A DNA stretch of 64,000 nt from Klebsormidium nitens (taxonomy: Eukaryota; Plantae; Klebsormidiophyceae). Positions 23,801 to 35,214 of the stretch are shown here, piece after piece; within the stretch, counting starts at the first letter, position 1, and each line of letters begins with the position of its first letter. The stretch lies in NCBI GenBank assembly GCA_000708835.1, contig DF236979.1:62001-126000 (forward strand), in the 5' to 3' direction. Position numbers and translations under genes: made by a program. The notes under the pieces are model-generated. The model did not search any database and was not told the origin of the DNA. It saw only the letters and a list, made by a program, of their open reading frames with translations.

Positions 23801-26800
23801 TCAACTTAGGGTTCAAGTCCGAGCAGAAGAGCTGTATTCATTTCCAGTCTCGAATTGGGATCATCATCGATTTCAATGGGTACCTTCGTGTCAACACATG
23901 ATAGAAACAGATCCGGCCTTTAAGATGAGGGACTGATTGACTCCCTGAATCTGTTCGGTTGGCAGATGCAAAAGAAGCGAAGCTTAGCGAATTCCACAGA
24001 AACCCAAGAGTGACAAAGTGGGTAACGTAGCAGGAAAAGCTTCTTCTGTTGGGACCCAAACGCTGTAACCCGTTTGAAGAACCTTGAAAAGCGGCATGAA
24101 ACAAAAGACCACCTTCCACACACAGACCAACGCCGGCACTTGAAAAGCAGCTCTCTGCTGGTATCTCAACACCTTTTTGGGCACTCCACGTTCTACTCGA
24201 AATCGAGAGCAGTTCGGCGAGTGCTGCCGAGAGCAGGGTCCTGACCTGGTAGAAGTGCCAGAAAAAGCCGTACTCGTAGTTGGCGATGGTGCACACGAAC
24301 GAGACCACCAGGCGGCGGCTGCGGCGAACCTCCGTGTCAGCGGTGCGCCAATCCTGCACGGACACGTGGCAGGTTGAGAGCAGAGCGAAGGTTCCGCCAT
24401 TTCTGAAGGCAGAAATGATATGGAGACGCAAGCACCCTGCTTAGCGCTTCAAAGTGAACACTTTCCGACTGTCGACATTCACGCGAATCAACTCATCAGC
24501 CGAAATGAAAAGCTTCCCTTTGGCGACTGCTGTTTGTAGGGAGCTCAACAAGAGAGGGGCGGGAGCACAAACTGGCAGACGTGCTTTTCTCGACCTTTCA
24601 CTTCGCAACTCGGGCCAAAAGACGATAGCTTCACTTACGCAGAAGGGGAAAATAACTTCGCGACTCCGACCACAAGACATTTAACTTCTCTCACGCAAAA
24701 GGGGAGAAAAGGCGGTCCCCCCCAAACAAACGCAAAAAGGCGAAGCCTCCAACCTCATACCTGGTGCTTCCACAACATGCCGTGGTCCTCCTCGTGCATG
24801 CACACCGCGTTTTCGATCGTCTCCACGCCGCCGAGGAAGTTGGTGAAGTGCGCGTCGAAATACTTGATGAAGCCGACGCAGTCGCAGCCCTTCTTCAGGC
24901 TGTGCGCGTTCTTGCCCAGCCCGTCCTCGCCCGCGTCAAACGCGTTCTTGCGGTAGTGGGGGGCCTGGATGCGGGGGAAAAACGACCGGGCTCAGCGCGG
25001 GAAGGACTGGAAGGCACTCAAAGATACAGGACGGAAACCTATTTAACCAGGTCATGGTGCGTTTTACTGAACTCCTTGAAGTATGCCTTAAGTCCAACCG
25101 CTTTCCACCGTGTTCGGAAAGCTGTCTGCAAAGCAACTTGCGAAACTCAGATGCAGCGCCGGACCCGTCGTTGACATCATTCGCACAGCGTTGGTCCCTG
25201 CCATCATCGTCACAGGACCGCTTCATGCAGACCAGCAAGGAACGAGGGCTTATTCGCATTGCCCGATTTTGTGGCCGCCTTCAAAACGGGCGGACTCCCG
25301 TAACGTCCTTACGCAGGGCCCTCCAGACGAGCCGACCACGTCACAAGACCGCTCAGAAGCGCACTTTATGATTCAGAAGCTCTAGCAAGGGAGGATGCCG
25401 AATAAATCTTACCGCAGGGTCCCCATACGGCACGACCATCTCGACAAAGCTCATGCGGTGTGCGATGGCGCGCCGACCGCGGGGGCCGTCATCGTATGCC
25501 AGCGTGTGAATGACGAGGCCCTCCTTGGGCGTGAAACCAATGCGGAAGCTCCACTGCAGGTGACGGGTTGCAATCAGAAAGGGAATTCGGATGCTGATGA
25601 TGTGATTGTGCACGTCAAAGCTGAGATTTGACGTGCTTCAAGTACCAACTCTTGGCAATTCGACAAAGACCAGCGTTGCAACGAAGTGGACAAGGTCTGC
25701 CTGAGAGTGGATCGAACAGAGGAAGTTCAAACAAGCGGCCCCTGCAAGCCAAGAGGGCTGCACAAAGATGTCAGGAAACCATGCAAACCTCTGACCCTTC
25801 GCAAAACCCTTGGTCCACCCGCTCTCCAGCGTCTAGCACGTCGGATCCGTTCGATTGAGAAAGGCCCCTCGAACCACAACGAGCGGCTCCAAAGCAAAGC
25901 AACTACCCATTCCACCACAAACGAACACGTTCGAAAAGAACTTTAGCCCCAGCGACTCCTCGTTCCTCACCTTCTGCCATTCCACCGCATACCCGTTCAC
26001 TTTGAAGCTGGGACCCTCCGGCTGAACCACCAGAAGCGGCTTCAGATCCGTCCTGTCGGTCCCGCCATACCCGCGAGACTCGCCGGCCGTGTAGTTGCGC
26101 AGCGGGTCTGAGGGGGGTAGCGGCACCAGGGCGCGGTCCTCGAACTTGATAACCTTCATGAACTGGAGGTCGACCAAGATGAAGATGCCCTCCACCGGGC
26201 GAGCGTATCTGCGAAGAATATGTTTCCGAATTTAGGGGATAGAAGGGCTGGATGCACATACTTCGGCATAAATTAGAGATTTGCAAGCACACCTGGCAAG
26301 CGCAGAGCAAGCTTTCGCAAGCACACCTGGCAAGCGCAGAGCAAGCTTTCGGAAGGTGTCACTAAAATTGAATGATAGAAGAAATGGAATCCGACAGCCA
26401 GAGTCTAATGTTCGGGGTCTGCAAATCCAATCCTGTTGAGAATTCCAAAGAAAGGTTATCTAAAGTTCGTTACTTGATCCCAACTTCGCTGAGACGCCAT
26501 GACTTCTCAGATGCGCAGTCGTTGCGGCATCTCTGAAGAAACCAGAGCCCCCGGATCATCAAAGGACTCCTTTTGGAAAACCTTATCAGCAGTGCCCCAA
26601 TACATAAACCGCATGAGGCGATACTCAGGTAACCTGTAGTACCCAACAGACACAGATTTCCATCGACTACAGTAGCAAGCATCTCACCCGTTCTCCATGG
26701 GGCAGTCGCTCTCGGTCCTGCAGAAGAGCAACGGCGCCGCAAGCCTGCGGCTAGGGTCCTCCTGCTCCGAGTACCACCCGACGCACCACGGGTCCACCAT

Positions 26801-29516
26801 GATCAGCTCCATGTCGTCCACCCCGCGCTTTTTCATCGCCTCAATGAAAGGCTCGTAAGCCTTGACCAGCGACTCGCACTGCGCGTACTCCGCCGCGTCC
26901 TGTTGCAAATTCCAGGGTGTTATTAGTATGCTTTGGTCGGCTTTCAACATCGATACAAAGCACTGAAACAACCCTGGCGCTGGGGTCTAGGGAAGGGTTG
27001 CCAAGAAACCCGATCAAGGGGACTGACACTGACAGAGATATCGTGGCAGATACAGCCAAGACTTTGAGGCAGCTCATATTGAGGAATCTGACCAACTGTG
27101 TGTTACTTAAATTAGCATACAGACAGTCCCCGGTCCAAACACACAATAGTGGGCTTAAAACAAGCGCTCTCTCTGGTCAGCAATATGCTGTACCACTACA
27201 GTGCTGCTGGCGCTGCCTAGTCAACCTCGGATGATGCCGCTTTACCTGGTGACAATGTTGCCGTGCTTCTATTGAGATCAGAGGAAGACATCGAGAGCTG
27301 CCTCCCTGGAGACCAAGTGCAATCCCCTGCCACTAAAAGCGCCAACTACTCTGTAAAATTGACACAAATCAACCCGAAGGAGTCCCACTCCTGATGGCTA
27401 GGATATCAGTGCCACATTTCGTTCCTCACCATAGCAGGCTGCACATCGGGAATGACTTCCACGCTCTTGACCGTCCCCCGGTGATGCCCCCCTCTCTGCC
27501 GCGCATGCACTTCCTTCAACTGGACGACCCAGATTGTGGTCTCGTTGTTTGCCTTGTTATAGACCGTCAGCCTCGCCTCTCGGGCCGGCAGCTGCGTTGG
27601 GCGGGGGGGGCTCCTTTTGCCTGCGAGCTCCACTCGCGGGAGGGGGGTGGGCGTGACGCGGTGGCCCGGGAAGGGAATCAGCGCATCTGCTAAAGCAACC
27701 ACGTCTTTGTCTGGCTCGTTCAGGCAGATCTCGATGAAGCGCATCGAGTCGCGCAGCTGGAAAGGGAAAGGAGAGCCAGGTCAGCATTGCATTGAATCTC
27801 TTTGTCTTGACGAGTTCTTGATTTGCCGTCCCTTGCTTGACAGATGGCTTTGAGGAACGTGCTTGTCCAGTAGTTTTCCATGAGCAACTCTTGGCCATTT
27901 TACAATATTTGAGATGTTTGATGCGGTCTTGTCAAAGAAGAAACAAGTTGCTGGGGTGCTACAGTCAGTCTTGCAGTTTGAAAGTCCCGGCAAGGTTTTG
28001 CCAGGGTCTACAACAACACTGGGAGGCTATGGAAGAGCGCAGCATTGATACCAGACGCACATCATTTCAGAGGCCGGCTGACTTTCGCAGTGCCCCCAAA
28101 GAATGTTATTAAACCGCTTCGATTTGTCTGGATCAAAACCAGACAGCTCTCTCCAAGAATTTCTTGCTCAGATTCCTGCTTAGTCAAGCTCCGGCGTGAC
28201 CAGCGCCAGCCTCCTAGCTGTATCATGATCAACTTCATAATGACCAAGCAGAGCACACCTTGGCAGATACCGTAGGTAAAAAGGGGTCGCCAACTTTATG
28301 CTCACAAGAAATTTTCCTGGAGCTAGAGAATTACCTCTGGTGTCGCCCCCGCTGATCGAACAGTTGCGATCGCCACTGCAATCTCCGCGGGGCTGAGGGG
28401 GTCCAGTGGATGCACCGCAGGGGCTCGAGCCACTGGCACGCCTGCAGTGACAGTGTGTGAGAGTTACTCCCTCGTTGAAATCACTGCATGACAGCGAACC
28501 TATCGATTCTGTCACATGGAGCTCCTTTCCAGTCTTTGATAATGTGAGGTGCTTCATCCAAGAAAAGCAACGGTGCAAGAATACTATGAGCCCTTCCAGT
28601 TGACCGGAACCCGGTCTGTTCAAATGCTTGGGCCTCCCTCTAAGTTGCTCAACATTGCCAATCAGGCGTAAGATGCGAAGGTAATGCAGAATGTGTGAAA
28701 AGCAGACTGCTTATGAGCCAGATGATTTGGCCAAACAGCTGGCCTGGTAACCATTGCCCTTTTAACCGCAGATGCGGGGCAAGATTGCCTGTGATTGAAT
28801 ATTATCATCATGCGATGAAACTTCGATTTGGAACTACAATTTGATGCTAAACTCTAGGAGAAACTTTGACGACCTTCGCGATATCTGTGATAATTTGTGG
28901 ATAAAATGAACTTTGAAACCAGTAAAAAGAACCTGGGCAAGGAGGAGCTTGAGCATCCATAAGAATCCAAGCAGATTCTCGTCTGTTCCAAACAGCATCT
29001 AATCCAAACTGACGCACCCTTTGAAATTGTTGCCAAACAAGAAATCTATTTGCACCGATCAATCACCTGATGATTTAGAAACCTTGCAGGCAGATCTAAG
29101 TAAAGAGCCAAACCAAAGAGAACTGAAGCTGCAGCCACAGATCCAGGAAAGAATGCCACTGCTCTAAAGATCTATGGCCCTGGACTGATAAACCCTCGCA
29201 AAACCCTAAAGCGTTGCACTTGACAAATCAGAATCAAGAAGTGGCGTGCACCTTTTGGCGAAGGGGCAGCAGGGACCATTGCCTGAGTCTGCGTCATCCC
29301 CACTACGCGCCTGGTCAGACACTTCTGGCAGCGGCAATCCACCGAAGTGCACTTTGAGCAGTCCCCTCCAACACACTCCTCCCCCTTGCTGAGTTTCACA
29401 CTGCTGTATAGGGTTTCCTCAGGAACAGCGGATGCAGGCAATGCCTCGAGCTGCCCTGCTGGAGCGGTGCGGCAGCACGACCCCCCCGAGACGACTGCCT
29501 GTGATCTGGCGGCCAT
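20823..29516 (-). CDS. CuAO: Peroxisomal copper amine oxidase, CuAO-zeta / N-methylputrescine-oxidase clade (~802 aa)
   Basis: 14 phase-consistent exons: 29516-29252, 28441-28335, 27756-27430, 26899-26688, 26208-25971, 25553-25413, 24964-24761, 24353-24246, 23781-23659, 23223-23109, 22773-22685, 22221-21953, 21453-21372, 20951-20823. Motifs HPLDPL, catalytic Asp AFDAGE, TPQ site ANYEY, Cu ligands HQH and [14 protein letters not shown]-terminal SKL (PTS1). Confidence 0.97.
26283..26350. repeat. Perfect 34-bp tandem duplication in a CuAO intron
   Basis: GCAAGCACACCTGGCAAGCGCAGAGCAAGCTTTC x2. Confidence 0.9.
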
Positions 29517-29994
29517 GGATGAAGGCGCTTGCAGAGCTTTGAGGACAAGAAGGAGCTTTCACTCCAGAGGCACTGATCTCCCGCAAGGGAGAATTGGAGG
29601 CCGGGAAAGAGCAAGAAAGGCCCTGACATGCGGCAATTGATCGGGGAGGAAACAATTTGGCTCAGGGAAGAACTGATGCCACAAAGAACGAAGCAGGACA
29701 AGCCTTCGTGAGTCCGCCTCGTGATACGTTCTTATGGATCTATTCCGCTCCTATCAAACCTGAGGAAGCAGCTTCGGACCGAAAGAAGGATAACGCTGAG
29801 AGTAAATAGACGGCTTCCCAGAGCAATAACTGATGAAAAGCGGCCCCTTGGAATTATGCCTGCAGGAGACACAAGCTGATGCAATTGCCAATGCTGAGAT
29901 TGCCAAACTCAAAGCTTGAAATGGCCGCGCTGCCGCCGCAGGCAATACCGTATCTAAGATGACATCAGCCCAGCAGGAGCAGTACGATACTTGA

Positions 29995-30190
29995 TGCACG
30001 GTACTTGTAGTACCGGTACTAATAGTACCGAACGTAGTCGCTGCACTTCCTACCTGAGTCTGTAGGAACCGCCGGTATGCAACCTCGGTGGTACCGTATG
30101 TAATGTGTACCTACTACGGTACAATAGGGTCACCGTATCACCTAAGAGACTTGCGGTACAGTACACTGGATTGGTAGGTACCGTGTCCGG
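29995..30190. repeat. Second TA/GTAC-dense tract
   Basis: TACCGTA 30092, TACGGTA 30115, TACAGTA 30157, plus many GTAC words. Confidence 0.5.
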
Positions 30191-30642
30191 CGCCGGCCGG
30201 CAGTGCAGTGCAGTCGTTGCCCCGGGGTCCGCCCGGACGTTTACAAAAACTCCGCACAGGGAGGTAATACCTAGGTCAAAATCAAGACCCCAATTCTGAT
30301 TCTATTCAACCACCACTTTCAAGATTCACAGTCAGCCGTCCAGATAATCTGAGCATCTGATATGGACGGCGCGGATGCCTCTGCAAATCGCTTTGAATCT
30401 GCATGGTACATCCTTTTGTGATGGCCCGGGAAGTGGAAATCCGAGCGCGCTCGGGTTGCCACGTCGAAAGCATCAAGGGCCCAGCAACTTTCAAAGATGG
30501 CTTCCACGTTCCAAATACGTAGTCCAAGGTAATGATTCCGAATAAATAAATAATTATTTGCATTCGGGAAGTCAGAAATTCGGATTTCGCATTCGGAAAG
30601 CGGAAATTCGGAAAGTTTAAATATTTCTAGAATGGTCCTCGG

Positions 30643-30662
30643 NNNNNNNNNNNNNNNNNNNN
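30643..30662. other. Assembly gap (20 N)
   Basis: Run of N, preceded by an AT-rich stretch with short ATTCGGA repeats. Confidence 0.99.
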
Positions 30663-31059
30663 TATCTCAGATACAGAAGCCCCGGGCACCCTAGCTGAAT
30701 AACCTAACCCGCAGATTGATGCGCACCATACCCGCCTCCACCCTAACCCCCTAATACTAACCCCAGCCGTCCCCCGGGTCCTTTGAAATCCTCAAGTACC
30801 GCAGTGGTCATCATTGAGCAAAGAGTCGAGACTCGAGACCGCTTGCACAGTCTTGCGCAGGACGGCATTGTGCTTTAAAGTTCACTCTTCGCTGCGCTTT
30901 TGAACTGCTCTATCCAAAAAGCAGAGCGTCTGGCTGAGCGCAGTGAGTGCGGCCTGGCAAGTTTTCTTCCCGAGGCTTTCCCTGTCGTTTCTAGATTTTA
31001 ATTTTTGTGAACCTGTTCTGAGCACCTGTTATCAATTGCCTTTTCCAACTAGTGGTGCA

Positions 31060-33844
31060 ATGGCAACCGTTGCGTTAGCGAATGGGGCCACTACCTCCAT
31101 CGCAAGCTCTTCCATCTTCCAGTCAAAATCTGTCACCCTGCAGGAATCGGCAAAACCTCTGTCGAGTCATAGGAGAGCAGGTCTGCCAGTTGATGGACAG
31201 GTAGGGTTTATACCACCCCCTGTTTTATTTTAACTCTGACGTACATGACTTTGTCATGGGCGTCAGGACGGTGTCAGGACATAGAATGTGTTTTGTGAAG
31301 CTGTCTTTTCTCAGTAACAGGAAGATAGTGGGAGTGCAATGGTATCTGATGTGTGTGGCTTTCTTGCAACAGGCGTTTCGCAGCATTATGTTATTGACGA
31401 CGCTGGCGAAGTTTTGTGGGCTCTTCAAATTGCTGTTTGCCCTGTAATTCCCTACGATTCTGAAGGGTTTCTCCAAGCACGCTGTTAGCATTTACCTTTG
31501 GCGCTCTAGTAACGGGCGTCTGCAATTGACTGTTTGCTGTTCAGCATTAATTGGCAAATCTTGCGGGGGTAAGAGCGATTCTGATCCAGCAAATCCTGCT
31601 TGCTTGAGAACTACGGAAAAACGTGATTATATATCCCACCAGATTGGCAATCTCACAACGGTCTAGAGTTCACCATGCTTGGGCACGAAGTTCAAAGAAG
31701 TGCAAGGTGGTATGTCATTGCAATCAACTCGGGATACAATCTTGTGTCACATGTTCTCCATAAATTGTGGTCAGACTCTGAGGCTGCAATGATTTTGCAA
31801 GTTCCATTCTGCCACAGCAGAAACAAGCTGTCTGTGTTGGATGCAAGTTCACGGCTGATTTCGGTCTTCTTGTAAAATTATTATGCAAAGGCTTTGGAGC
31901 TTGTGGGCCCATCACATCTTATCGCCACGAGTATTGTCAGCATGCAGCTCACTTGCCTCTCAAAAAAACTCTCAAGTGGTCCAGATGGTGGTTTTTGGAG
32001 AATAGATATCAGAGTGCCCAGAATTCAGTGCAGACCTCTACATGGCCGCATCCGGGCATGCTGCCTGGATTTGTGTGCAATAGATGCTTCATTGTAGGAG
32101 CCTTTCACCCTGCAGGTCTTGGGTAGTGGCAGCCTAAAAAAGGAGTCCAAGCACATAACCAGCAGTCTCCAGCCAGAGCGAAACCAGAAGCCGGCAAGGG
32201 GGCAAGGGGAGGAGGCTTTGGAGCAGACTCCCAGTATCGCAGAGGTGAGGCGATTTGCGAGAAGTCGTTATGCAGAGGCGCAGTGCAAGTTGTTCTTTAG
32301 TTTCCTTGATTAAGGGCGCTTGCAAGCTGCTTACCAGTTTGCTGGCCCTTGCAACGATGACAGTGCTTTCATAGGCAGCGCACAGCTGTCCTTTTGGAGT
32401 CGTCACTACCACTGGGCCACAATTGTTGATGGCTCTGGGCTTTCTCATTATTCACGTTTGGGTGTATCTGGAGCCACCCACTAGGTTCGCTTCTGCCATC
32501 AGCCTAGTGGTGCTTGAGAGATTAGCTACACCCCAAGAGGTCTGACGAGGACACACTCCTTTGTATGGTCTTTCTTACAAATACAAGGGAAAAGGACAAC
32601 CGGAGACAACCAACAGAGAACCTGAGGACGAGGACAAAGGGGTAGAAGAAAAATACAACGAGACTTTACTCTTGTTGCAGGATGGCGAGCATAGGCCCAG
32701 GCCCCCCTCTCGCCGCCACTTCATGCTGTGCGTCAGCTGCGCGGCAGCGGGAGCGGTTCTGGCGTCCGGAGACGCCGCCACAGCCGAGGTCGACAGCCCA
32801 ACCGTCGAGGGGGCTGTGCCGGGTTGCAGGAATTGCAATGGGTCCGGGTTTGTGGTTTGCGACATGTGCGGGGGGACGGGCAAGTGGAAGGCGCTGAACC
32901 GGAAGCGGGCAAAGGACCAATACGAGTTTGCCGAGTGTCCCAACTGCTATGGTGAGGCTCCTAACTTATATTGGGCGTAGGGGTGTGACGGACGGCGTCA
33001 CCGGCGTCGCTCTCTTGACGAATCTTGAGGACGGCACTGGCCGTCTTGAATTCCAACAATGCAAGCCGTCCGTTTGTCATTGCAAGCGCACTTGCTACCC
33101 CTCCTAAGGACCTTAAAGACCTCGTGTTCCAAGGCCTGGACCGTTCGGTAACTCCTCCATTGTCTGTTCACTGTCTGCATAGACCATTCGCAAGGCTTCT
33201 GTCAGATCAAAAGAGCAGGACAGCGTGGTCGGAAGAACTGCTGATTCCGCTTTGGCTTGCGTCTAACTGCGAACTGACAGCAAAAAAGCTGGAGGCTATG
33301 CACATCAGCAGTTGCGGTTGCGCTGGTGGGCTTTGGGGCAGCTCGGACTCGACGCACGCTTAAAGGGGCATTTACATTGAGCTTCGGCGTGCAGATAGTT
33401 GTGTTTGACCACTTTTTCGTCGATTCGTAACGTCACAGCTTCCAGAGACCTCGAGTGGCTAGACATCGCAATGCTTTGTTCATCTCGCACAGCGCCGAGT
33501 ACTGCAGTCGACGCACATGGTTGCTGCCTTTGCAAAGCTGCCTGCGATTGATCAGCAGATGAATGTTTGACCTTGGAAAGCAATGTTTGATTATAGACCA
33601 GAGCTTCAGATGCAATCGCCGAAGTTGTCGCCTTACCAGGAAGAAGGAAGAACATGGGTATTTTATCCGATGTTGCATGATTTGTTGAACGCTGTCCTGT
33701 GTGTATTCTTCAGGGCGCGGCAAGCTGTTGTGTCCCATCTGCCTAGGAACCGGGCAAGCGAACGTCAAGGGGTTGCTCCGGCGTCCAGAATCTAAGGAGT
33801 TGTTGGAGAAGATTCACAGAGGCGAGCTTCGACTAGGCTCCTAG
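31060..33844 (+). CDS. PSA2: Thylakoid DnaJ-like zinc-finger protein, Photosystem I Assembly 2
   Basis: Exons 31060-31200, 32116-32244, 32681-32951, 33714-33844. [40 protein letters not shown]|[21 protein letters not shown] matches PSA2 as I recall it. N-terminal transit peptide with an SRR + hydrophobic lumen signal. Exon 2 is less certain. Confidence 0.9.
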
Positions 33845-35214
33845 TGCAGCTGCCGGTCCATGTCGGGGGCCTTGCCAGGATGCATTTCCGTGGGTCTGCA
33901 TTGATGTCCAGGAATCAGCATAAACGGTTCAAGTTTACACATCCGTGACTTTTACAGGTAGATTCTCAACGGTCTGAGAATAATAAGGCAGACGCCACAT
34001 GTGACGAGCCTTCAGTTGTCCCTCTCATCCGGAGATAGGGAGAGGACCCCATAGCTCAATTTGGTACTTCGTGTCCCTACGGCGTACCCTCAATATCAGA
34101 GGTCTGCTCAAATTTTGGAACTTTCTTTCGGCTTTCGGGTTCGGTAGGCTGCATCATTGCTCAAATTGCTCCCTGCGATGGTATCGTGGGTCGCATGTCG
34201 GCCCGGAAATATGGCCGCTTTACTCAAGTTTTTTGACGCTTCTACGATAGCTGGCGCCCACACCGCGAGCGGCTCGCGCAATAGCGCATAACTCTTGTCT
34301 GATGCCTGGTGGAAGAGGTAATTCTTTGTTAGTATGGCACAAACCCCGAGTCCGGCATGCTAGCGCTGCATAATCTGCAATGATAACTCCCGGCGCCTTG
34401 AAATCCTGTCAAGCTATCGGAAGGGTCACGTGGCGGCCTTATAGCCATGCGTACATGCTTGCGAACGAGAAACGATCAATGCAGGCGCGATCCGATTCCG
34501 TACACGGCAAGACAAACAGTTTACCGTGACCTTCATGACCTAGATAGTGCATGTCCGTTGTGAGGCCGGCCAGCCGGCCATGTGTATGCGATCGCGTGCA
34601 CTAGCCGGACCGTCCGACATATGGACCTAGGGCGCACACCGCGTGATGAATCAACACCGTGTACTTGATCCACATGCGTGGCACATGATCCACACCACAA
34701 TGATGCTAGCCTGGTGTTGCCATGTGATCGGACAACTGCTTGGCCCCATGTGGATCTGGCTTTCAAATTCCAATACATTGATAAGAATTATGCATGGATC
34801 GTCGAAATGCACTATAGCTCGGGCCTATCGTCTTGGTGTACCATTGCGTTTTCATTTTGACAGCGGCCCAGGAAGAGATTGATCGGACTCGGTCGCGCTC
34901 TGAATTACTTGCTAGACGTTTAAACGAGCCCGTTATTTTGTTAATCGGAGGACCTTTTTAAAATTAACACTGTTTTGGTGACGCACGAAATGTCGAATGT
35001 TCAGCGTAACGTACCTAAGATGCATATCTGAAGGAACCTGCACAGATCCCGTACTATGCAACTTTTTTTACTTTTGACTTTTTCAAAAAAAAATATAACA
35101 GTCACTCGCTCTACTTAATAGGCATGCTCTTGTATATCACCTTTCGGATTCGCAATGCTCCGCCGACCACACACCACAACATTTTTTCATCGCACTGCGC
35201 TTCTCGCGCGTGCG

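Noticed and set aside
30520-30642. AT-rich ATTCGGA repeats as a second MITE
   Set aside because: Truncated by the N gap; no partner TIR visible.
34450-34900. CATG/CTAG-rich stretch between the PSA2 and SOS1 3' ends as a Helitron end or hairpin RNA
   Set aside because: No convincing long stem or TC...CTAG boundaries found by eye.
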